Assembly (NCBI RefSeq): GCF_001194135.2 | Contig: NC_068981.1 | Location: 20,251,284-20,315,283 of the forward strand | Reading direction: 5' to 3' | DNA: 64,000 nt | Source of the DNA: Octopus bimaculoides | Lineage: Eukaryota | In this document: one piece after another, positions 35,900-49,019 of the stretch | Numbering within the stretch: position 1 is the first letter of the stretch | How the letters are laid out: the number at the start of each line of letters is the position of its first letter | Position numbers and translations under genes: made by a program | Notes under the pieces: generated by a model | Told to the model about the DNA's origin: nothing | Database searches by the model: none | What the model saw: the letters and a program-made list of their open reading frames with translations, nothing else

Positions 35900-36600
35900 C
35901 ATCATCATTGAGACTTATATTTTCTCATGAGATTTTCAACAGTATAACGTGGAAGAAGTAAACAGCACAAGAGGAGATTGAATGTTGATGGGTGTATATG
36001 CTTCAGAAATAGCAAAATGGTCAGGAAGCTGGAAATAGCAGAGAAAGGGCAGTATAAAGTAATATCACTGATCACTGAGGTGTGTTCAAATGATAGAAAA
36101 GGTAGACAGAAAAGACAGCACACCTGTTGGCCAGAGAAGCTGAAGTATGTTTGTGACTTAACGCTAATCACCCAGGTGATATTTTTCTGAATGTGGCATA
36201 GAGTGTCTGAGTGTGCAGCAGCAGAACCATCCTAGATGTGAGAGCTATACTCTAATGTGGGCCTTACTTGAGTTTTGTAGAGGAAACTGTTTGGTTGGGG
36301 GCTGAAGTATCTTTTGACTTTGATAGAAAGACCCAATCATTAAAATGTGATCTTAGATATGTTAAGCATGAGCTTTTATCAGAAAAGATCCTGAGGTTGT
36401 GGGGTCCAACACTTGGAGCATTTGTGAAGGTTCTGGTCCATTATGCTCCTTATTTAAGGAGATATGGTGTAATGATGAGTAGTGCTTATGTTCTCTTGCT
36501 GTTGAAAGAGACAAGACAGTAATCTCCACTTAGAAGGATGCTTTCAACACCATGTAGAGATTACTGTTGTGTCATGGCCTATGTGGGCAGAAATGTATGT
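35900..36600 (-). mobile_element. Decayed L2/CR1-clade ORF2 C-terminal remnant
   Basis: Minus strand KTQVRPTLEYSSHI*DG...IQK, the conserved post-RT motif Y...VRP.LEY.S.IW. Confidence 0.7.
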
Positions 36601-36949
36601 TGACATCACAATGTGTGTAAGTCAAATATGAAAAGCTTGAACAATGCATAATATTTGAAGTTATTCCATACTTTAATCAGTTTTTAACGAAGAAAAATGT
36701 TATTCTAAAATCAAATTTGACTTTATGATGACAATGAAGGAGGTAAATGTATGAATGTATTTTCTACTGAGCATTATCACTAGGAAAAATTGTGAAAATA
36801 ATGTGATCGTCTGACACTGTGGTTGCTCTGCCTCTAGTAATTAACAACCAAATCATATTGCTGTCTTAAAAAGAAAAATACAGTTTATCCAAGAGAATGT
36901 AGTTATGGAAAAACTTTACCTAAAACGAGATCGAAACTGAACCAAATTT

Positions 36950-37368
36950 GATGACTGGCACCAGTGCCAGTGGAATGCTAACAGCACCATCCGAGCGGGA
37001 TCACTGCCTGAACAGCAGTCTCGCTTCCGTGCCGGTAGCACGTAAAAAGCACCATTTGAGCACGATCGTTTCTAGCTTCACTTTACTGGCACCTGTGCCG
37101 GTGGCATGTGAACAAAACATTGGACTGACTCCTGTGCAGGTGGCACGTAAAAAAACACCATTTGAGCGTGGCCATTGCCAGTACCGCCAGACCAGCCCCC
37201 GTGCCGGTGGAATGTAAAAAGCACCCACTACACTCTCAGAGTGGTTGGCATTAGGAAGGGCATCCAGCTGTAGAAACTCTAGTGTAGCCTTCTGGTTCGC
37301 CAGTCCCCAGTCAAATCATCCAACCCATACTAGCATGGAAAGTGGACCTTAAATGATGATGATGATGA
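36950..37368 (+). mobile_element. RTE 3' UTR fragment with tandem hairpin modules and (GAT)n tail
   Basis: Repeated GTGCCGGT[G/A]GCAC-GTAAAAAGCACC modules; tail CCAACCCATACTAGCATGGAAAG..TTAAATGATGATG. Confidence 0.88.
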
Positions 37369-39045
37369 AGACAAAATTATTAGAGCTTGGATTCATTTGT
37401 TAATGAATTTGTTTGATCAGAGCTGACCTGGGGTTAAACAACTACTGCCGGAAATGAAACGATGAGTAAATAAGCAGAGAAGAGAGTTCAGAGAATGACT
37501 ACTTAAACATAGTCCAATGTGTCACCTCTTACAACAGGAACCAGCCTAGAAATCCTCATCCTCATCATATTATCACTAATGATTATAACTTTTTAATGTA
37601 AGTTTCCCACTATTTGCATCAATTTGACTGGTCTATTATATGAATGTATTATCACCATCCTTTTGTCTTTCATTATTTCATCTTTGAGGTGCAGCATCTT
37701 CCTTGGTTTTTCTCTTGCACCAACAGTACTCAAAATTCATTTGTGACTTATGTCCATACCCACTCCTATTTCTCCTCCATATATCAGGTTGATACATTTA
37801 ATACCCATCCACTCCCTCTGCTCATTTATTCTCAATCTCTCCTGCGAGCTAATACTGTCTTTGCAATATATCATACCCAAGTGGTTAGTCTCCAGCCTCT
37901 ACAGATCTTCTATGTTCAGTGACCAATGTTACACAACCAAGTAGCTTAGACTTTGTATAGAAGATTATGTCATATCTTCACCAAAGCTTTAAGTACAGAG
38001 AACAGCTCTTTCTTTTTTGCTGACTTTCTGCTAATAAATCTCGCCCAATTAACTAATCTGTTAATGGATATCTCAAAGTATTAATCACAACACAGAATTG
38101 GCAGAACCGATGGGACTCTCTGCTACACTATATGTAATTAGCAAACTTTTCTCATAATAATTTATCAATTGTCATATTTCTCCCTGTTCTCATTCTCTCA
38201 ATCTTTCTTCTTCTTTCTTTCTCTTTCTCTCTCTCTCTCTCTTCTCCCCATTCCTTTCACCTCTGTCTGTCTGAATATGTGTAAGTGTTAGTGTGTGTAC
38301 ATATGTCAGTGAGAGGGAAAGAGAGATTGGTGAGTTAGTCATCATTGGATGTCTCTCAGGATTGTCAGACAATAGTTTATAACAATCTTCAATCAATATG
38401 TCTAAATAATAAGAAGCATTTTCTTGTAACCAAGGAAACTGATGCTGTGCTTGACTCATACGGCACTGATATTAGGATCCAGGAAATATGGACACTATCT
38501 ATTTCATTGGTTCATTCTCTTTTCAGCAAATATATCTAAAATAAGAAAAGCTACACAAGTTTCCATTGATCCAGACAGACTATGATAATGTCACATTTTG
38601 AAACTCTGCAGTTATTTATACATCACCCAGATTTTGTTGCAGCCTTCTTGAAGCTGTGTGTTACATACAATATTTTTCAGATATCAATCAATCTCACTTT
38701 AACTGGATTCAGTATACTCATAAATTTACTATTTTTTGATCCACCACAAACAAAATGTTCTAATTTTAGCCTCCAAGTTTATTACAAATTAGCCTTTTGA
38801 TTTTTTAAGATAAATATCCATGGTTGATGTATAAATATTTTCATTGGATTAAAATGCAAGGGTAATGGACAGTACAAGAGATATTTCTTAAAATAGAATA
38901 TAATAGTTGCTATATGTTTGTTTAAATAACTCATAGCTTTGGCTGACCTATCTAAAGCAATAAATACAAGTCAACCTAGTGGTTCTTGTTCAGATAGTAC
39001 CCAGATTTTTTTGTATATTCCCATAATATTATAGTTTCCTTTAGT

Positions 39046-39612
39046 ATGGCATGACTGTGTGAATAAGAATCTTGCTTTGCAACCAGATGATTTTTAGTTC
39101 AGTCCTACTGGGTAGTACCATGGGCAAGTGTTTTCTACTATAGCCCCACTATATGCCTCAGAAGTGAATTTGGTACATGGAAATTGTGAGGAAGCCCATT
39201 ATGTATGTAAGTGCATAACTTTGTGCTTATGTTTGTTCGCTCCCCCACCTCCCAGTTTGACAATTAGTGTTGGTTAGTTTATGTTCCTGTAACATAGCAT
39301 TTTAGCAAAAAAAAGACCCATAGAATAGGAACCAAACTTTAAAAAATATATACAGACTCTCGGAGTGGTTGGTGTTGGGAAGGGCATCCAGCTGTAGAAA
39401 CATTGCCAGATCAGATTGGAACCTGGTGCAGCCGCTGGCTCTCTAGACCTCAGTCAAACAGTCCAACCCATGCCAGCATGGAAAACGGACATTAAACGGC
39501 AACGATTTGTTTCAGTGTGCTGCCCCAGCATAGCCACTGTCCAGTGACTGAAACAAGTAATAGAAGATAGCATAGCCACTGTCCAGTGACTGAAACAAGT
39601 AATAGAAAATAG
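39046..39612 (+). mobile_element. CORE-type SINE with a nested RTE tail (about 39355-39503) and a duplicated 42-bp 3' end
   Basis: Head GGCATGACTGTGTG..AGTTCAGTCC..GGGCAAGTG; RTE tail CTCTCGGAGTGGTTGG...GGACATTAAACG; tail unit at 39529-39570 repeated at 39571-39612. Confidence 0.82.
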
Positions 39613-40795
39613 CAGATTTGTTTAAAACTAAATTATTAATTGGAGGGACAATGGCTTGGGAGAATTAGATTGAAATCTTCGCTGTATTTGACTGCATCCT
39701 TTTATGTTCTCATTCAAATACCAGTCAAGAACCATACCCTGTCCAATTTTTTTAAATTTTATTTTTAACTGTTGTTACTCTAATTTGGCATAAATGTGTG
39801 TGTGTATGTGTGTTTTTGAGCTTTTCAGTGCTGCAAAACACTGTTTCCTAAATAACAATCATTAACATACACGATAAAGGTATGTTGAACTCTGTCAAGT
39901 AAAGGTAAACTGAGTTTGTAACCTAGTTTCAATTCTGCCACGGCGCCATTCCAACTTAGTTATGCTATTTACTTTCTCTTTGCAATGTATAAATATCAAA
40001 ACATTTCTTCTTATTTTCTGTAATCAATAGAACCAGTCACCCTTTGATGGATTCTCTGAACTATTGATTCTGTTCATCACTCTTGAGAGGAATGAATAAG
40101 TATTGATTGACATGGCATTTAATTCCTGAAGTAGTAAACAATTGGTCAGCTTTGAGGTTTTTTTAGATAAAAAGAATAGATACTAAAAAGTCAACTGGTT
40201 GTATCAGAAGAGGCAACAATAAAAAGAGTAATAAAAATAAAAACTACAAAAGTAGAGTACAAAGATGTAGCTTACATCAAATTTTCCATCAAATTTCTAT
40301 TTGTTTCATTTTTCTAACTGCCCAGCTATCTTGAAACACTTCTTCACGTTATCAAAATGTCAGAGTGTAAAGAACAATGTTAGAAAAAAAAAATGGAAAA
40401 AAATGAAAAAGAACTACTACCAAAGAAATAAAACCTCATTTCATTTTAGAAGGGCATAAAAAGTCTATTGTCCTTTATTACCATTATGTATCTTAGTAGA
40501 ATAATTGTTCCATAGTGCTGGTTATTTATTTATTCCTGTCTATCTAGTGTAAGGAAGTCGTTGGATGGTGAGGGTGGTAAGGAGGTTGTATGCTGGTTTG
40601 TGGGGGCGGGTAAGAGGGATATGTAATGGTGGTGATGGTGGTGATCGTGGTGGTTGGTGGGGGTTGGGGTAATGTAATGATTAATTGAACTTCGATCTCA
40701 GTTGATGGTATAACATTATTTTTTATAGATCAGATATTGTGGTAAGAGGAAGTGGGTTATATTCTATCCTAACGATACACAGACAGATGAACAGA

Positions 40796-40833
<38 letters not shown>

Positions 40834-41699
40834 TATAATAGTGTAATTCTTCAGCTATATTGCTCTAATAATGAGAAAGAGAGGAAAGCTATACTTGTAT
40901 ATGGCCACCCAGTTCATTTAGCCATACAACACCCCACATTCCCCCACTTGACTACACACACAGCCAACATAATAACCAAATCATAAAGACAAATGAAATT
41001 TCTTTGAACTTTGACCAACATATTTCATTAAAAGAAAGAAATTCTGCCACTATTTTATCAGGTTCATTATATATCGTCCCAGCCCTAGTTAGGCCAGCAA
41101 CTTCTTTGCCACAAGCCTTAATACATAAATATATCATAACCAACAAAAACAATGCCCTTCATATCAGAGCAGGCAACATATATATACTCTTTTACATTGA
41201 TAAGCTACACACTGAAATATAAATACTTACACTCAAACTCTTTTAGTTATTTGGCTTGATGCTTTATTTCACTGGTTAAAGATTATTTTCAATAAATTTA
41301 TATATAGACACTAGAACACATCTGGAGTCTATATATTAGATTCTACAGTCTAAAAGAAGACACTATGTAGCTATTTGATTTGTTAGACTTCTCTCATATC
41401 ACAGCCTCCTCCTTCATGCCATTAAGCCAACAAATGACCCCTGGTGATTTCTTTAACATGTGCTTGCCATGGGAATCAGTTTAGGACTGTTCTCAGCAAG
41501 TGGTGTACATACTGGCTGACCATCTTGACATATGGATAATGTAGTCTGAGATGCAAAAATTCAGAAGGGAATGTCATGGCTAGAATACTTGACTGATGAT
41601 GTGTAGCTATAATGGCACTGTTCTCTCACTCAATAAAAATAATAATAATAATAACAATATATACATATATATATTTATAAATATATATGTGTGTGTGTA

Positions 41700-41825
41700 T
41701 CATCATCATCATCATTGTTTAACGTCCATTTTCCATACTATCATGGGTTGGACAGTTTGACTGAGGACTGGTAAACCAGAAGGCTGCATTACGCTCCAAT
41801 CTGATCTGGCAAGGTTTCTACAGCA
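41700..41825 (-). mobile_element. RTE 3' tail fragment
   Basis: (CAT)n GTTTAACGTCCATTTTCCAT..GGGTTGGACAGTTTGACTGAGGACTGG. Confidence 0.85.
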
Positions 41826-42139
41826 TATATTGGAAGATTTGGAGGTGATGTACAGGAATTATAAATTTGAAAAAATAATAAGGTACTCAGTTATCTGGAT
41901 GGTTGTATATTTACAGATTTTTATTAATATGTCACATGTTTTATAAATATTAGCGCTTGCACCTATTCTTGTAGGTTTTTCAAAATATGATTTCACTTCA
42001 GAGGATCTGTGTCTTTTTATAGTATTATTGAATGTGCAGGGGTGGAGAGAGATATATAGGATAGTAAAAGAGGGTGAGGAATGGAGGGAAAAGTGAGAGT
42101 GCGTGTGTGTGAGTGTTTTTGTGTTGGTGTGTGTGTGTG

Positions 42140-42176
<37 letters not shown>

Positions 42177-42268
42177 AGATAAGAAAATAGAAAAATAATT
42201 GATAAATTATTATTTATTAATTTTAAAAATTGACAAACATCTCTTACAGCTGTTTCAATTCAAGACCT

Positions 42269-42498
42269 NNNNNNNNNNNNNNNNNNNNNNNNNNNNNNNN
42301 NNNNNNNNNNNNNNNNNNNNNNNNNNNNNNNNNNNNNNNNNNNNNNNNNNNNNNNNNNNNNNNNNNNNNNNNNNNNNNNNNNNNNNNNNNNNNNNNNNNN
42401 NNNNNNNNNNNNNNNNNNNNNNNNNNNNNNNNNNNNNNNNNNNNNNNNNNNNNNNNNNNNNNNNNNNNNNNNNNNNNNNNNNNNNNNNNNNNNNNNNN
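42269..42498. other. Assembly gap
   Basis: N run. Confidence 1.
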
Positions 42499-44138
42499 TA
42501 TATATATATATATATATTCCTCTACTTAGTTGTATAGAGACAGAGTCACTCACATCCAGAATATATTTGCAGCCCTACCCATATAAAAGAGTCAGCCAAG
42601 CTACATGAGATCACTGTTCCGCCCTCCATTTCCCTAACTCAAGGCCCTTTCTTCTCACCTGCCTTGATGAGCAGATAAAACATGACCTACACAAACCTTG
42701 TCACAAATTCTATCACATTGTTATCTGAATTAAAACTGATACAGGGGCAGACTAAAGTATTTAGTTCTTACATGGGACAACTCTTGTGCTAATGGCATGA
42801 TTAAAATCTCATTGTTAACACATGTGCAACACTAACTTTGGCTATTTTTCTCAAGAGCTGTGTGTGGCTGATGACTATAACAAATCCTACCCTTACTGGC
42901 ATGAGAAAATGGATGTAAAATGATGGTGGTTGTGGTGGTGGTGATGCATATATTACATTTGTGGTGGTGATGCGTATAATATATTGCTGTTATCAAACAA
43001 AAAGGTGGTCAAATTGCTCAATGAGATTGTCTCTCCCATTGTAAGTCCAATGAAGCAGTGATTGGTCTATTAGAAATCTATAACGAATATGACTGTTCTT
43101 CACAAATGCTTGTTATAAATAAAGAAAATATGTAAAATGACAGTGAAAAACCATAAACACTTCAATGATCCTCTCATTTTATCCTCATACTGGACCCTTG
43201 GATCAATAACAAAAGACGATTGTACTTATTTTATGAACCAGAGTGGTGCCAGTCTCTTTGAAATCATACCCTACAATCTTAGAAAAAGGACGCATTAAAC
43301 TATGTAGTCTAGATATACGAAATGATTATTGAATAGTCATGGCTGGAATGGCTTTGATCATAGATTTGCTCAATTAGTGCTGACCTGGTGCTAAACAACA
43401 ACAACTGATACAGAGGTGTCAGTATTATCATATAAATATCAGATACCCCCCCTTCTCCCACTTTTCTACAGTTGTATAAGCAAGATGTAGACAAGACATC
43501 AGTAGTTGAATGACAAAGCTAAATCAATAAATTCATTTGGTACAGTTGATTTCTTAAGAAATCTCTATCTTACCATGTTGTCATTTAACTGAATAGGTTT
43601 AACAATACAGCTTGTTCACATATTCTCTTTATAACTATCGCAACCAGTTAATGTTTCAGGAGTAGAATGCAGCTATATTTTAACAGGATTTTTCTCACTT
43701 TATGACCAATAAAATTCATTAGTTTCTCAGTGAGTTCTATATTTGCATATATGATAGGTCATTATTTCCTCATTTTCTCCTTCTCCAAGCTAATTTAAGC
43801 AAGTCTATTGCTTTGAGCTATTTTTGTTTATTATATACAGTAAAATTCACTCATAATTGTTTCATAGAAAGATGATGGTATCTCTTTACTAAATAGATCA
43901 TTTTTTTTTCTGTCTATTATAGTGGTTTCAATTTTTATGAGACTTTTTTGTTTCATTCCGCAAATTGTGTCAGTGTTAGCTTTTTATTTTAATCTAGGGG
44001 TTATTGAGTTGCTGAGTCATGTGACAATGAAACATCTTTCTCATAATAAAACTTATATTTTGGTACTAGCCTGTATAAGGAGATAGAGATAAAGTTACTG
44101 AAGTACAACCCCGCCAAGGTACTGAGTTACTGAAGTAT

Positions 44139-44288
44139 CAAGGTACTGCCCTACCAAGGTACTGCCCTACCAAGGTACTGCCCTACCAAGGTACTACCCT
44201 ACCAAGGTACTGCCCTACCAAGGTACTGCTCTACCAAGGTACTGCCCTACCAAGGTACTGCCCTACCAAGGTACTGCCCTACCAAGGT
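44139..44288 (+). repeat. 16-bp minisatellite CAAGGTACTGCCCTAC x9.4
   Basis: Nine units, two of them with single substitutions. Confidence 0.97.
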
Positions 44289-45235
44289 AATGAGCTACTG
44301 AGGTAATTAGTAATGCAGCTGCAAGTAATGAAGTCTATGCACATACTTAAAATAATGCATTTATAGCAAATCACTTATAATAATATGTATAACTATACTT
44401 TTGGTTTATTAACAATACAAACTCACATTCACAAATTTGATCTGCAGCTTATTTAGGGATCAATCAATGACATGCCTCTATGTTCACAACAGCTCTATTT
44501 CAGTTAATTTGCTAGTGATTCTGGCAAACTTCAGTGACATTCTTTTACAGTGATATTCTTTTAAAAGGGTTTGCCACTAAACTGCATTTCATGGAAATGA
44601 TATGCTGTTCAAACTACCTTCTGTTGAATGAAAATTGTTTGCCAATAACAGATTCAAGCCATACGTGTTCCGGATTGAACATTGCATACTACTGTGATGA
44701 TGGAAGTCAAAATTATTCAAGAAATAAAGAAAAAAACGCCATGAACTATTCTAAGCAAATGACATTATAAAAGAAAGAGTCAATTTACTCGTTTCGCTTC
44801 TCGTTTTAAATGAAGTCATTTCACCAAACACTGAGTTGTTTATGTGTTACCAAACCATTAGCCAGGAGCAAGCTGATTCACTTCACCTTCTTTCTCTTTC
44901 CTTCAAATTACCACATGAACTAACTGTACCACAAGAGCCATCAGAACCTTTAATTCTCTACCACAGATCTCTCTTATCAGCTTGTCTAAACTATTGGGCA
45001 TGTTTTAAGCTGAACGAACAGCCCCCATAAAAAGGATGTTTATTTTCTCTCTCATTTTTAACATAGTGACATTATTTGTTCTAACATTATGCCTCTCTAA
45101 GAGAAACCATAATTCACAAACACCATATATAACACATTTTCTACACATGAATTTTTTAATGAACATTGATACCTGAACATTTGTATAACCCATTTCTATG
45201 AACACATGAGGCTGTTTCTTTTCTTTTCTGATATA

Positions 45236-45295
<60 letters not shown>

Positions 45296-45412
45296 AATTG
45301 CTGCTGTTTTATAATGCTTTGAACTGCTGTTTTATATCACTTTGAATTATCCCATCACTTAGACTGAACAGATCTATATGCAAGGTGGAAGGTGGAAAAT
45401 AATGCAAAATTC

Positions 45413-45444
<32 letters not shown>

Positions 45445-45509
45445 GCTCTTCATTTTTCTATACTTTATTTTTCTATAATTTTATTTTAAAATTATATGTA
45501 TGTATTGTA

Positions 45510-45790
45510 GGTGCAGGCATGGCTTTCTGGCTAAGGAATTCACTTAGTAATGCATGGAACTATGGGAAAGTGTGTTCTATAACCTCAGATTGACTAATGC
45601 CTTCTGAACGAAATTTGGTAGACAGAAAATATACAGGTCCATTTCTGTGTGTGTGTGTGTGTGTGTCTTTACATTGATACTGCATGGAGAGTGATGAAGT
45701 TTAAGTTCCATATAAACTGTGTCCAGCTGCTCCTTTTGATGCTTCATCCAACCTATACTAGCATGGAAAAGTGAATGCAAATGTGATGGT
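45510..45790 (+). mobile_element. Decayed CORE-type SINE with RTE-like tail
   Basis: GGTGCAGGCATGGCT.., GAAATTTGGTAGACAGAAA, CCAACCTATACTAGCATGGAAAA. Confidence 0.6.
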
Positions 45791-46032
45791 GGTAATGCTT
45801 ATTTTACAGAAATTACTCAATTTAATGTAGTGTGGAATAAAAGAAAATGTCTTTGCAGTTAAATTACTGGTGCATTCCACATGGAATGTTTAAAAAGACA
45901 ACAATTTTAAGTTTAAAAATTTACAAAATGTTTATGTATATATATAAAGTCTACACACTTTAGGAAGGAAAGAAAATGTGTAGAAGTATTTTAATACTAC
46001 ATTCAATCAGAAATTAATTGTAATTGTAGAAA

Positions 46033-46148
46033 CTATGCCAAACAGACGTTGGAGCCTGGGCATCTCTTCAGCTGGCCGGCTCCTGTCAAATTGTCCAACT
46101 CGTGCCTGCATGGAAAACAGATGTTAAATGATGATGATGATAGGTGTA

Positions 46149-46207
<59 letters not shown>

Positions 46208-46550
46208 TCATCATCATCATCATCATCATCATTTAATATCCATTGTCCATGCTGGCATGGGTTGGACGGTTTGACTAGGGCTGAAAAGCTGCACCAGATT
46301 CCAGTCTGATTTGGCATGGTTTCTGTGGCTGGATGCTTATACATGCCACAACTGCAATTTTACTTGGTTTGATGAGTCTTCTTCTCAAGTACGACAGAAT
46401 GCCAAAGATATTGGGCATTCGTCATTGCCTCTGTGAGGCCCAACACTTGAAAGGAGCATTTCACATGCCACCAGCATCAAATACTTTGTCTCCGTGATGC
46501 CCAACACACAAAAGGTGCTTTTTCATGCCACCAGTATGGGTGCCAGTATA
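46033..46550. mobile_element. Two RTE tails tail-to-tail: plus 46033-46141, minus ~46205-46550
   Basis: ...GCATGGAAAACAGATGTTAAATGATGATG (TG/TA)n (CAT)n TTTAATATCCATTGTCCATGCTGGCATGGGTTGGACGGTTTGAC. Confidence 0.85.
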
Positions 46551-47888
46551 TATATATATAAATGTATATATATACATTATATATATATATATATAAATCT
46601 ATTACTTTGTTTTAGAAATTGTACTTGTGCATAATAAAATTTTAAATAACAGTTTGTAAGATGCTTAAGCATTAGTATAAATTTTACTAAAACTTTAAAT
46701 TATATATTGAAAAAAAATCAGTTGTGTTGCAGTTTAATGCAGTATACTGTTTGAAAACCACTACTATAGTGTGTTGCTGATGCATCTGTGTTTCTAATAC
46801 AGTTATATTGCTAGCTCAGTTGTGGGGCCAATACTATTGTGTTGCCAATCCAGTTGTGGTGGTAATACAGTTGTGTTAAGGGAAAGAGGATATGAGAATG
46901 TAGATAGCTGGTCTGTTGATTAGAACTTGTTTAAATAACTTTGTTGATGATATTTGCCTAAAGAGTGTTAGTTTGGAAGGAGATTTTTCTCATATAATGG
47001 CAGAATACTTGATTATTAAGGTTAGCATTGTGATCCTATCTCATTTGCCCCTGGTTCTTCTCGTTTCTTCTAAAACCCTTTATTTATCATTAGTGACTGA
47101 AAAGGAAGTCTTCAATTTTTCAAAGACAGACACGGAATAAAAGAAGTTTGATTTTTGCAGTTTCCAGTTGTTTTGTTGCACAATAAGACAAGAGATCAAT
47201 AGCTGAGTTTTAATCATATAGAAGATCCCTATTGTCGCCCTGGGCAATATACTGTAACATTATCCTTGATTCTTATCAAATCTTCAATGTTAACATCCTT
47301 TATCTGATAAAGGAATCAGTTTTACAATATTTACTTTCTCTGCTTGCCTCATTCACATTTCATTTCATTTCATGTAACACTAGACGTTCCTTCAGAATTG
47401 TGCTAACAAATATCCATGTAACAGTTGAAGTTCCTTCAGACTTGTGTTAACAAATAAGTCACAGTTGAACAAAAAAACGAAAAGCTGATACTGTTGTCAT
47501 TGACAACAACGTATATATGTGTATGTGTGTCTATATATATATATGTATATATTGTGAAAAGGCAAAGAAGCATGTATGTTCATTTCCAACAAGGTATCTA
47601 GGCTGTAGCATTTATTAATTGAACACAGTGATGACCTCAATGACATTAAGTCAACACAGGCTTCAGATATCACCAGTTTACCATAAGATCTGCTGAAATT
47701 AATGGGATTTCCTCCTTCTCACAGAGGAAGTCACCAGGAAAAAGAAAAACAGTTATTTCTATAAATAAGGAATGAGGTTTGGTTGGGACTTTTTTTTAAC
47801 TTTATGTCTCCAACAAATTTTTGTCAACAAATTTGAATTTGGCACTGCCATCAAATGTTAGCCTCATAGAAAATTATTATTATTATTA

Positions 47889-47966
<78 letters not shown>

Positions 47967-47989
47967 CCAACAATACTCATTTCATCATA

Positions 47990-48219
47990 GTCAACTATGA
48001 TGAATTGAAGTGGGAAATGCATAGGTTTGGGGCAATGAAGAAAATGGACCTGATACCAATAGTGATTGGTGCACTTGAAAGTATCAGTACACAACTATCA
48101 ACATCAAAAGGATGAAATGCAAAGATGAGCTCAATGGAATTTGAACTTGGAATGTAAAGAGTCACAACAAATATTGCAAGGCGTTTATCTAACGATCTAA
48201 TGACTGTCATCTGTCAACT

Positions 48220-48245
<26 letters not shown>
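47990..48245 (+). mobile_element. 3' end of a restriction-like-endonuclease (R4/NeSL/CRE-type) non-LTR element
   Basis: YDELKWEMHRFGAMKKMDLIPIVIGALESIS (KY..L...P.VIGALG motif), then a (TAA)n tail. Confidence 0.7.
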
Positions 48246-48249
<4 letters not shown>

Positions 48250-48251
<2 letters not shown>

Positions 48252-48745
48252 TTCCCTGATGCAATACCAGGCAGTGGCTCTCAGGGCTACTGGTCTTGGT
48301 ATAAAGGATGGGCTACAGTAAATATTCTGCTCAATACCACAGATTTGCTTGTCAGTTGTTTGACCATGATCAGTTGAGCATGTCTCTTGGTAGCTGATGA
48401 TGTGTGCATCCCTGATCACGATCAGAAGTAGCGGGCATCATAGCCATGTGTTGAGGCAAATTCTTTGGAATTTGAATGATTCACCTTTGGAAACATGGTT
48501 GTTTCATTCAACATCCTTAAACAACCCTTATTCAGAAACCTTTTGAGCAGGATGGGCTCCTCAACCTGAAGAAAATTCTAACTGGGCCCCACCTGCAGGG
48601 TCATGTGCTGTTTATCTTGATATGAGATCACGATGTTGTGCACAATGGTTGTGATGCATGTTGGGTACACTGGACTTCATGTATTTTACCCCAGTGTCAC
48701 TTTGATAGCATACACTGCTCTCTCATTCAATAATAATAATCATTA
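48250..48745 (+). repeat. ~500-bp unclassified interspersed repeat ending ACTGCTCTCTCATTC(AAT)n
   Basis: The same 3' end occurs at ~41615-41655; higher GC; no ORF. Confidence 0.55.
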
Positions 48746-49019
48746 TAATAGACAGACAGAGATAGATGGTGGTAGGCCTCTGTCAGTTGTTACCAATATG
48801 AGTAAATTCCATGATCCAAACCTGAGCACAATCTTGGGTTCAGATATGGAGGTGCTCTTCATCGCATTGATAGTGCAATCCAGAAACATGAGTGTCATCA
48901 AATATGTCAATAAATAGAGATATGAGTTCTAATTTATGTAATGGCAATAGTTTATCTGCAAGTATTGACAAATGAAGACCACAACAATATTTTCAATAGC
49001 AAATTTGTTACTGTCATTT

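Noticed and set aside
38190-38539. Protein-like ORFs on both strands (SQAQHQFPWLQENASYYLDILIED)
   Set aside because: No donor site before the microsatellite and no motif recognised.
44139-44288. CRISPR or iteron array
   Set aside because: Contiguous units with no spacers; a simple minisatellite.
46690-46880. Loose ~18-bp repeats (AATACAGTTGTGTTG)
   Set aside because: Too degenerate to define units; treated as low-complexity background.
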